This document shows, piece after piece, positions 57,901-64,000 of a stretch of DNA of 64,000 bases. Source of the stretch: Chitinophagales bacterium. GTDB taxonomy: Bacteria; Bacteroidota; Bacteroidia; Chitinophagales; LD1. The stretch is from contig JAHCHW010000007.1 in NCBI GenBank assembly GCA_026129525.1, positions 132,561-196,560 on the forward strand, given 5' to 3'. The notes beneath the pieces are model-generated. The model made no database searches. It saw only the letters and a program-made list of their open reading frames with translations, and was not told the origin of the DNA. Numbering within the stretch: the stretch's first letter is position 1; every line of letters begins with the position of its first letter. The position numbers and the translations under genes were made by a program.

Positions 57901-60041
57901 ACAATTTTTCTTCAACGCAATTAAATGCCACCATCAACAACTTTCAGTTGGCTAATGCCGGAACCTACAACTTAACCGCCACCAACTCATGCGGAAGTGC
58001 CAATGCAAGTGTTACCGTTACCCATGCTACTGTACCAACCAATGTGGTGGCTTCTGCCAGCGTTACCAATATTTGCTTTGGAAATTCCCTCACGCTTTCA
58101 GGAAACGCATCGGGTGCCGATTCTTATTCTTGGACAGGACCTAACGGATTTTCATCCACGCAGCAAAATCCGCCCATACAAAATATTACACTGGCTGACA
58201 GCGGTGTATACACGCTCACTGCTACCAATACGTGCGGAAGCACCACAGCTACCATTGTAATTGATGTAGATACTACTATCGAAAGCATCAGTGCAGGTGC
58301 TTCGCCCAACGACACCATTTGTGCCGGGCAAAATATCACACTTACTGCCACAGGCGATAATGTAAATAACTGGACTTGGACGGGGCCGAACAACTTTATA
58401 TCGAATCAGCAAAGCCCCACCATAACCAATGCCACCGCTGTTAACAGTGGCGAGTATCTTTTAGTAGGCTCCAACGCCTGCAACGATGTGCTCGATACGC
58501 TTTATGTATTGGTAAATACCATTCCCATTACTCCGGGCACTATCATAGGTTCGGTATCTGCCTGCGGAAGCGATACAGCTATCTACACCGTAAACGGAAT
58601 CAGTAATGCCACTTCGTATAACTGGTCGCTCTCGGGCGGTGGAAGTATTATTTCGGGGCAAGGCACTACTTCTATTGAAGTATTGTGGGGTGGTGCCCCC
58701 GGCAACTACACCGTATCGGTAACTGCCGGAAACAGTTGCGGTAACAGCACAGCTACTTCCATTACTGTGAACGTACTTCCGCCTGCACCTGTAATGACAG
58801 CTATTATAGTAGGCGAAACGGAAGTATGCCCGGGAGTAGAGCCTTACTCGGTTACTTCTATACCCAATGCAACGGGCTACACATGGACGGTGAGCAGCGG
58901 AGGAACCATTACATCGGGGCAAGGCACTAATTCGGTGAATGTGCTTTGGGCAACAGCCGGCAGCCAAACATTGAATGTAATTGCTACGAACACTTGCGGC
59001 AGTTCATCGCCTGCCACAATCAATGTTACCGTTCATCCTTCGCCAACACCCGCTACAGTAGTGTTAACAGATGATACCATTTGCGAAGGCAGCAGCACTA
59101 CGCTTACCGCTTCCGGCTCTACGGGTGGTAATGTAAGCTATCATTTTTACGATGCTCCCGTGGGCGGAAATATGTATGCTACTCATCCGCTCACCGTATC
59201 GCCTACACAAACTACTACCTACTACTTAGAGGTAATTAACCAGTTTGGTTGCACCGGCAGTGCAGGAAGGCAGCCCGTAACAGTTTATGTAATTCCTGCT
59301 CCGGCAATTTTGAACATTGCAGCCCAAAGCGATACCATCTGTTACAATACATCTACCATTATTACCGCTGCCGCTACTCCCGGCTCGCAAATTACCTGGT
59401 GGGACAGCCCCGTAGGAGGCAACCAGATTGGAACCGGCAGCACTTACAACACCGGCAATTTATTGTTCACCACAACGGTGTACGCGCAGGCTACTTCGCA
59501 GGGTGGATGTCAGAATTTGCAAGGGCGTGTGCCGGCAACCGTTACCGTAACTCCGCTGCCGGTGGTTACGCTTACTACCGATAAGGACAACAACATTGCT
59601 TTCCCCAACGAGGCCATTACGTTTACCGCCTCGCCCGATGGCTACAGCAACTACGAGTTTTTTGTAAACAGCGTTTCGGTGCAAAGCGGCACTAAAAACA
59701 CTTGGGCAAGCGCTAAACTGCACGACAAAGACACCGTTTCGGTAATTGCCACCGATAACGGCTGCCAAAGTTTAAAAGCAGAAGTAGTAGTTACCATTGC
59801 CGATTTACCGAATGCGTTTACACCAAACGGTGATGGAGTAAACGATATATTCCTGAAAGATTACGACTTGGTGGTACTTAACCGCTGGGGGCAGGAACTC
59901 TACCGCGGCTTTGATGGTTGGGATGGTAAATACAACGGGCAGAAAGTTTCGGCAGGCACGTACTATTACATTGTAACCCTGCGGAACATTACCGACCGCG
60001 ATACGCAGGTAAAAGGGACCGTTTTACTCATTCAGGAATAA
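54903..60041 (+). CDS. Large Ig-like-repeat surface protein (1712 aa) with T9SS type B C-terminal domain
   Basis: Signal peptide MRKLYLFLVFAIVFNAAQSQ. The N-terminal 440 aa or so carry propeller-like repeats (GGYIVTGSA, DGGFVIAGVA, DGYVFVGSA, NDIVMTGID). PKD-like modules (NPCPGxQxYxxxxVxxATSYTWxxSGGGTITGGQGTTS) occur as 3+2 copies. Five 81 aa Ig-like repeats. CTD LPNAFTPNGDGVNDIF...VVLNRWGQELY...WDGKYNG...GTYYYIV. Confidence 0.9.
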   Translation: MRKLYLFLVFAIVFNAAQSQQTTFRIQYNLGEFDIPTGMVQAPNTNYVFSAMVTRNFSGLPLGVQGGLVQIDKNGNHISSTLYRNGSFTSSVDLADVQNATGGGYIVTGSANSQCLVARLTATGAITWHYRYIPVSGANSYGNKVIQASDGGFVIAGVASRVDPDGGGPITRQDSSKMYAFKVNSSGTVLWSKVFFYTTAFDDDDYLNGLAETSDGYVFVGSATMSAGNGNSDAVVIKTDFNGNVQWARRFGNSNSEDVQSVIRDSGNDIVMTGIDNLGGYIYNWSAPNSGPTVIGTNTRYYAAGLPVSAGNLTKTHDNNFAVFASGASLNNFTSILVKSNRSTGAVMFARSYNSFISILPTGIMAADSGFLINSLSADTTGSLGFYDFGVTKTDINGTQGTGSTCPHSTPAILAQTYSPSINTFTPTVPALTDVRNSGGVTTTTITPGVVVGCKFIVCNAPPAPSASASQNNICPGTQVTISATGGSNVTYKVYLQASGGNSIGNAPLNVTPSSTTTYYVAADDNTNPGCESSRTPVTVTVIQPPAAIGNITGATNPCPGTQSYSISAVTGATSYTWALSGGGTITGGQGTTSINVNWTAAGTYTVSVTATNTCGSTNKTLSVTVQAGPPAAVGTITGSNNPCPGSQTYTISNVANATSYTWTVSGGGTITGGQGTTSLTVNWTTPGGPYIVSVSASNPCGNTSNSLNVTVQNAAPGTLGNITGPATPCLGSQTYSVTAVSGSPTYTWSVSGGGTITGGQGTTSVTVNWTTAGGPYTVSVTASNPCGNNSKTLAVTVSPAITGVAASATPNPACVGNSVTLNGSGSGVTTWSWAGPNNYSSNLQSPSISSITSAGGGTYTLTASSACGTATATVNLVVNDVPQNVSASASPNPACAGNTVLLSGSGTGATSWSWSGPDNFSSAQQSPSLPNAQTSATGTYTLTASNACGNATTTVNVTVNDIPLSVTATANPNPVCDGTVLNLSGTANGATTYAWSGPNNFSSTQLNATINNFQLANAGTYNLTATNSCGSANASVTVTHATVPTNVVASASVTNICFGNSLTLSGNASGADSYSWTGPNGFSSTQQNPPIQNITLADSGVYTLTATNTCGSTTATIVIDVDTTIESISAGASPNDTICAGQNITLTATGDNVNNWTWTGPNNFISNQQSPTITNATAVNSGEYLLVGSNACNDVLDTLYVLVNTIPITPGTIIGSVSACGSDTAIYTVNGISNATSYNWSLSGGGSIISGQGTTSIEVLWGGAPGNYTVSVTAGNSCGNSTATSITVNVLPPAPVMTAIIVGETEVCPGVEPYSVTSIPNATGYTWTVSSGGTITSGQGTNSVNVLWATAGSQTLNVIATNTCGSSSPATINVTVHPSPTPATVVLTDDTICEGSSTTLTASGSTGGNVSYHFYDAPVGGNMYATHPLTVSPTQTTTYYLEVINQFGCTGSAGRQPVTVYVIPAPAILNIAAQSDTICYNTSTIITAAATPGSQITWWDSPVGGNQIGTGSTYNTGNLLFTTTVYAQATSQGGCQNLQGRVPATVTVTPLPVVTLTTDKDNNIAFPNEAITFTASPDGYSNYEFFVNSVSVQSGTKNTWASAKLHDKDTVSVIATDNGCQSLKAEVVVTIADLPNAFTPNGDGVNDIFLKDYDLVVLNRWGQELYRGFDGWDGKYNGQKVSAGTYYYIVTLRNITDRDTQVKGTVLLIQE
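56538..57296 (+). repeat. Three tandem PKD-like modules of about 85 aa
   Basis: Units are anchored on Cys at aa 559, 644 and 730. They are near-identical in pattern (ITG..NPCPG.QTY.I..V..ATSYTW.VSGGGTITGGQGTTS..VNWT..G.Y.VSV.A.N.CG). Confidence 0.85.
57297..58517 (+). repeat. Five tandem 81 aa (243 nt) Ig-like repeats
   Basis: Units are anchored on Cys at aa 815, 896, 977, 1058 and 1140. Pattern NP.C.GN.V.L.G.G.GAT.WSW.GPNNFSS.QQ.P.I.......G.YTLTA.N.CG......V.V. Confidence 0.85.
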
Positions 60042-60169
60042 ATTTCAGAACAAGAAAATAAACACACATGACAACACTTTTGTCAGCACAGGAGTTCATT
60101 TATTTGGTGGGAGATTGCTTCGCTCCACTTCGTTCCGCTCGAAATGACGCTTCGGGGATTAAACAATTT

Positions 60170-62074
60170 TTGGTTTCGGAAAAGCGCAAGAGTGTTCTTG
60201 CATTTCTTTTCTGTTTTGCCTTTGCTTCAATAGCCACCGCGCAAACCAATTTGGAAATGGCCATGGAATCGTATAATGCACGGGAGTACACAGTGGCTTT
60301 AGATTTCTTCCAAAAGGTATTGAAAAAGCCGGCTAAGGGTACCGACATAGCCGATATTACTTTCAAAGTGGCGGAATGCTACCGCTACACCGGCAAATAC
60401 AACGAAGCGGTGGCGCACTACAAAATGGCACGCGATGCCGGCTATACCAATCCAAACGCGCTTTACCTCGAGGCGGCTGTTTACTTTAAGCAGGGCAAGT
60501 TTGATTTAGCACAAAAAGCACTCGAAACCTTTTTGGAAAAAGTACCCGATGACAAAGATGCCACCCAAATGCTCAACAATTGCAAGTTTGTGCAAAGCGT
60601 AACCGAAGAAAAAACGGTTTATACATTTAAAAACGAAACCGGATTAAATTCTCCTTATAACGATTATGCTCCGGTGTTCATTAAGGATAAAATGTTTTTT
60701 ACTTCCTCACGCCTCGAAGAAAAAGGACAAGAAGTTTACTCGTATGACGGGCAGGGATTTTCTGCTGTTTACGCTTCAACCTATACCAAGGAAGATAAAA
60801 GCTGGAGCAAGCCTGTAAAGGTGGCGGCACTTACTTCTACCGTAAACGATGGTGTGCTCAGCTACTGCGAAAAAACCAAAACCGGCTACTTTACCCGTTG
60901 CAACGAAAACAAAGTAAAAGCCAGCAACCTGTGCCGCATTATGGAAACCACCTACGATGAAGGCAGCGGTACATGGAGCACCCCTAAAGCTATTTCGCTT
61001 TCATTTGTTCAAAAGACCGACATGAACCAGCCGGGCATTTCTGCCGATGGCGATAAACTGTATTTCGCTGCTAAAATGGAAGGTGGTATTGGCGGCAGCG
61101 ATATTTGGGTAATGACCAAAAGCGGCAGCCAGTGGGGCGAGCCGAAAAATTTGGGTGGTGGCATCAACACCGTGTTCGATGAACTGTTCCCTACCGAAAA
61201 CAACGGGCTGCTCTATTTTTCATCGGATGGTTATGCAGGCTATGGCGGACTGGATATTTATTCTTCGGCCAACACCAACGGCACATGGAGCAAACCCGCC
61301 AACCTCAAAGCGCCTTTTAACAGCAGTGGCGATGATTTTTTTATTACCTACCTGAAAGACGGCAGCGGCTATTTAACTTCTAACCGAACAGGCGGTGCCG
61401 GTGGCGATGATATCTATAACTTTTACCTCACACCTGTTTCGCTTACCGTAAAAGGTAAAGTAACCGATGTGGATGATAACCGTCCGTTAGCCGGTGCTAC
61501 CATTTACATAGCCACTGCCGATGGACATGTGGACAGCACCACCACCAATGCCAATGGCGAATACATTTTTAATTTGGATAAAGACCAGGACTACAAGATA
61601 AGCGTATCGAATCCCGGCTATTTTGGCGATTCGCGCAAGCTGACCACACAAGGCGAAAAATTCAGTAAAGAGTTTTCGAAAGCCACCGGCTACAACTACG
61701 ATTTTGCTATCAAGAAAATACCTAAAACCGAAATTAAAATTGACAACATTTACTACGATTACGACAGCTACAACCTGCGCGAAGAATCGAAACCGAGTTT
61801 GGATATACTGGTAAAACTGCTGGAAGATACCCCAGGGGCATTGGTGCAAATCAATTCGCATACCGATGAGCGCGGCAAGCAGGATTACAATCAGAAGCTT
61901 TCGGAAAACCGCGCCAAGTCGGTGGTAGATTATTTGATTTCGAAGGGCATTAGCGAAGGGCGCTTAACATGGAAAGGCTTTGGTTTTTCGCAGCCGGTAG
62001 TAAAAGGTGCTAAAACCGAAGAAGACCATCAGAAAAACAGAAGAACCGCTTTTCAGGTAATTAGTAATGATTGA
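60170..62074 (+). CDS. OmpA family protein with TPR, PD40/TolB-like beta-propeller repeats, CarboxypepD_reg-like domain and OmpA C-terminal peptidoglycan-binding domain
   Basis: TPR-like AECYRYTGKYNEAVAHYKMA. PD40-like repeats (SPYNDYAPVF, NQPGISADGDKLYF, DELFPTENNGLLYFSSD, GDDFFITYLKDGSGYLTSNR). KGKVTDVDDNRPLAGATIY. OmpA motif NSHTDERGKQDYNQKLSENRAKSVVDYL...NRRTAF. The ORF is open from ATG 60068, but the signal peptide (KRKSVLAFLFCFAFASIATAQ) starts about aa 38, so the in-frame TTG at 60170 is the more plausible start. Confidence 0.85.
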   Translation: MVSEKRKSVLAFLFCFAFASIATAQTNLEMAMESYNAREYTVALDFFQKVLKKPAKGTDIADITFKVAECYRYTGKYNEAVAHYKMARDAGYTNPNALYLEAAVYFKQGKFDLAQKALETFLEKVPDDKDATQMLNNCKFVQSVTEEKTVYTFKNETGLNSPYNDYAPVFIKDKMFFTSSRLEEKGQEVYSYDGQGFSAVYASTYTKEDKSWSKPVKVAALTSTVNDGVLSYCEKTKTGYFTRCNENKVKASNLCRIMETTYDEGSGTWSTPKAISLSFVQKTDMNQPGISADGDKLYFAAKMEGGIGGSDIWVMTKSGSQWGEPKNLGGGINTVFDELFPTENNGLLYFSSDGYAGYGGLDIYSSANTNGTWSKPANLKAPFNSSGDDFFITYLKDGSGYLTSNRTGGAGGDDIYNFYLTPVSLTVKGKVTDVDDNRPLAGATIYIATADGHVDSTTTNANGEYIFNLDKDQDYKISVSNPGYFGDSRKLTTQGEKFSKEFSKATGYNYDFAIKKIPKTEIKIDNIYYDYDSYNLREESKPSLDILVKLLEDTPGALVQINSHTDERGKQDYNQKLSENRAKSVVDYLISKGISEGRLTWKGFGFSQPVVKGAKTEEDHQKNRRTAFQVISND

Positions 62075-62183
62075 CAAAACGGGAAAAGGGGAAAGTAACG
62101 TGAAAACAAAAAACAATAGTATCTAAAACCAAACTTCATCCACGCAGGTACATCCGAAGGCAGATGGGTGAAGCTAAAAACCA

Positions 62184-63119
62184 TTGAGCATGAAACTCAA
62201 TTCTACATTCAAACAATTAGTCGCAGCAGTAGTGCTGCTGGTGGCAAGTTATGCCGCGCTGGCGCAAAACGAACCTGTAATTGCCCACTATATGTATCAC
62301 ACACATGTGTTTAACCCGGCAGTAAGCGGTAGCTCGCGCGATATCTATTTGGCGGCTGTTGCCCGGCAGCAGTGGGTAGGCTACAAAGAAGCCCCCAGTA
62401 CGCAAGTGCTGAACGCCTACGGCTACATTGCCAAAGCACGCGGAGGTGTAGGTTTTGTGTTTACCAACGATATGCTCGGCAAGCAGCGCTTTACGAATGT
62501 GCGTGTAAGCTATGCCTACTCCCAGCGCCTTAACGATCGCAGCCGCCTCAGTATTGGTTTGGCGGTGGGTATGACCAACTCGTTTGTAAAAGGCAGCGAA
62601 CTTATTTACCAGCAAGGGGGCGACCAAAGCGGCATTTTCGATAACCAAAGCAAGTTTAAAGCATATCTCAGTGCCGGTTTGGAGTTTACCGGCTATGGCT
62701 TAACGGCAGGCTTTGCGGTTACCAACTTAGACCAAAGCCTTAACCGCAGTACACCCTTCAGAGTGCCGCGCCACTACTTCGGCTATGTAAAATACGATTG
62801 GGACATTAACGAAAAAGCCCGCCTTACTCCGGCAGTGTTTGTCCGCAGTATTGACTTTACCGCACAGGCAGAAATAAACATAAGTACCACTATTAAAAAA
62901 CGCGTAATAATAGGCGTGCTTTACCGCACCATTGATGCTGCCGGCTTAATGTTGGGCGTACATGCCACCAAGCACCTCACCATCAGCTACAGCTACGACT
63001 TCGACTTTGGCGAACTCCGCAAATACCAAACCGGTTCGCACGAACTCAACCTCGTGTACCGCTTCGATGGACCCAAGCCTAAAAAGGTAATAGTAAAGAG
63101 CCCGAGGTATTTGAATTAG
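62184..63119 (+). CDS. Type IX secretion system membrane protein, PorP/SprF family
   Basis: Signal peptide. YMYHTHVFNPAVSG, RQQWVGYKEAPSTQVLNAYG and C-terminal GSHELNLVYRF are hallmark PorP/SprF beta-barrel motifs. The position next to a type B CTD cargo gene and an OmpA gene fits. Confidence 0.85.
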   Translation: MSMKLNSTFKQLVAAVVLLVASYAALAQNEPVIAHYMYHTHVFNPAVSGSSRDIYLAAVARQQWVGYKEAPSTQVLNAYGYIAKARGGVGFVFTNDMLGKQRFTNVRVSYAYSQRLNDRSRLSIGLAVGMTNSFVKGSELIYQQGGDQSGIFDNQSKFKAYLSAGLEFTGYGLTAGFAVTNLDQSLNRSTPFRVPRHYFGYVKYDWDINEKARLTPAVFVRSIDFTAQAEINISTTIKKRVIIGVLYRTIDAAGLMLGVHATKHLTISYSYDFDFGELRKYQTGSHELNLVYRFDGPKPKKVIVKSPRYLN

Positions 63120-63195
63120 GGGGGAGATACCGCCTCGGCTGGTTTCTGAAACGGAGAACTGTAGGGACAGAAGTAAAACATTGCCGAACAAGTTG

Positions 63196-64000
63196 CTATT
63201 TCTGCCTTGCCGGCATAATAATATGCTCTGTCTCCCTGCTCTTCTTCAGGGCATCGGTAACTTTCGAAAGGGTAAAATTCTTCCATCCTTTGGGTAAGTA
63301 AACAACCGGGCTTTGCTGTCCGGAAGTTAGTTTACGCACATCCCGTACTACAAAATCGGCTAATGCTTTTACATCTATTAGTTTTTGTTCCCTCACATCG
63401 GCACCTCCGCTTAATACGTCAATAAGCGATCGCATAAACACGCTGCCGTTCCATTGTGCGCCCTCATAAGCGTATTCATTTTCGCTGGTGGAGGTTATTA
63501 CCACCACGTTATTCCCCATGGCAGTAAATTCCGAAATGGTGCGTTGGGCAGCATCACGGCTCAAACCGGCAGAACGACCGGAGCCGTCAATAAACAACAA
63601 CGACTTACAAGTGAAGTCCGATAACAGCGACACGATCTGTTCTTGGTCAATACCGGTAATTGCTACATTATCAATCTTTGAATCCGATAACAAAAAATAG
63701 GAGCGATTGTCTTCAGCCGATACAATATGCCCACTGTAATACACCAATATTACATCTCCTTCGCGTGCGTTTTTTTTAATGGTGTTAATGCTCTGCATCA
63801 CCGCATTGCGAGTAGCCTGTTCGTTGGTAAGCAGGTACGGGTGCACTTTGTTGTAAAGCGTTCCTTCCTGTGTTTTGAAAACGTTGTAGAAATTAGCGGC
63901 ATCCTGAGCGGGGTATCTCAGGCTCATGACTCCGACATAGTCAGAAACTCCCACCGCTAAAATGTAGAGGTCGGGAATGTGCGGTTGTACGCGCTTGCCA
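63196..64000 (-). CDS. Caspase-fold (peptidase C14-like) domain protein; N-terminal part lies outside the window
   Basis: The reading frame stays open to the window edge (..GKRVQPHIPDLYILAVGVSDY..). Caspase-like LAVGVSDY...YPAQDA...ATRNAV...GDVILVYYSGH (His motif) is present. The Cys-motif position reads LLFIDGSGRS where DxCxSG is expected. Confidence 0.7.
   Translation of the reverse strand, partial: GKRVQPHIPDLYILAVGVSDYVGVMSLRYPAQDAANFYNVFKTQEGTLYNKVHPYLLTNEQATRNAVMQSINTIKKNAREGDVILVYYSGHIVSAEDNRSYFLLSDSKIDNVAITGIDQEQIVSLLSDFTCKSLLFIDGSGRSAGLSRDAAQRTISEFTAMGNNVVVITSTSENEYAYEGAQWNGSVFMRSLIDVLSGGADVREQKLIDVKALADFVVRDVRKLTSGQQSPVVYLPKGWKNFTLSKVTDALKKSRETEHIIMPARQK

Noticed and set aside
62134-62173. 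Imperfect hairpin (CTTCATCCA ... TGGGTGAAG, 22 nt loop) between the OmpA and PorP/SprF genes
   Set aside because: It has a long loop, one wobble position and no following U-tract, so it is not a convincing terminator. I have no evidence for a regulatory role, and it could arise by chance.

Overview
This 64 kb window looks like chromosomal DNA from a Bacteroidota genome, probably Chitinophagia/Sphingobacteriia-like. The evidence is T9SS C-terminal sorting domains, a PorP/SprF gene, TAnnTTTG-type -7 boxes and no Shine-Dalgarno dependence. All calls come from reading the supplied translations and the DNA by eye; I ran no homology or HMM search, so family names rest on motif recognition.

I support 36 CDS (two truncated by the window edges), one tRNA-Lys(UUU) and three rho-independent terminators. 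I saw no rRNA, CRISPR array, transposase, integrase or prophage genes.

Housekeeping genes:
- smc, trpS, gatC, parE-parC (type IIA topoisomerase)
- deoxynucleoside kinase, a PTPS/QueD-family enzyme, a PduO-type adenosyltransferase
- an ABC ATPase, an SDR, a Kef-type antiporter, a SPOR protein and two GT2 glycosyltransferases

These are interleaved with an unusually dense set of eight predicted T9SS cargo proteins:
- Four carry the type B (gliding-motility, CHU_C-like) C-terminal domain (CTD). They are the 1399, 698, 2510 and 1712 aa proteins built from SprB-type, Ig-like or Gly-rich repeats.
- Four carry the type A CTD: an S8 peptidase, a plastocyanin-like/LTD/Calx-beta fusion, a PQQ-type sugar dehydrogenase and a Kelch-like protein.

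Only one PorP/SprF gene and one OmpA/PD40 partner are present (60.1-63.1 kb).

The observations most worth a second look:
1. The cupredoxin + PQQ-dehydrogenase + Kelch-like surface trio at 36.9-44.3 kb, a possible extracellular redox module.
2. The divergent giant-adhesin locus at 46.3-63.1 kb, with a single PorP/SprF-OmpA anchor module.
3. A thrombospondin-C-terminal-like lectin domain at the N-terminus of the first adhesin.
4. An uncharacterised lipoprotein + beta-barrel + flavoprotein + DUF4920 operon at 4.7-10.0 kb.
5. A GT2 / GT-C-like pair at 14.7-17.4 kb.
6. A caspase-fold protein whose catalytic Cys position is Ser, at the right edge.
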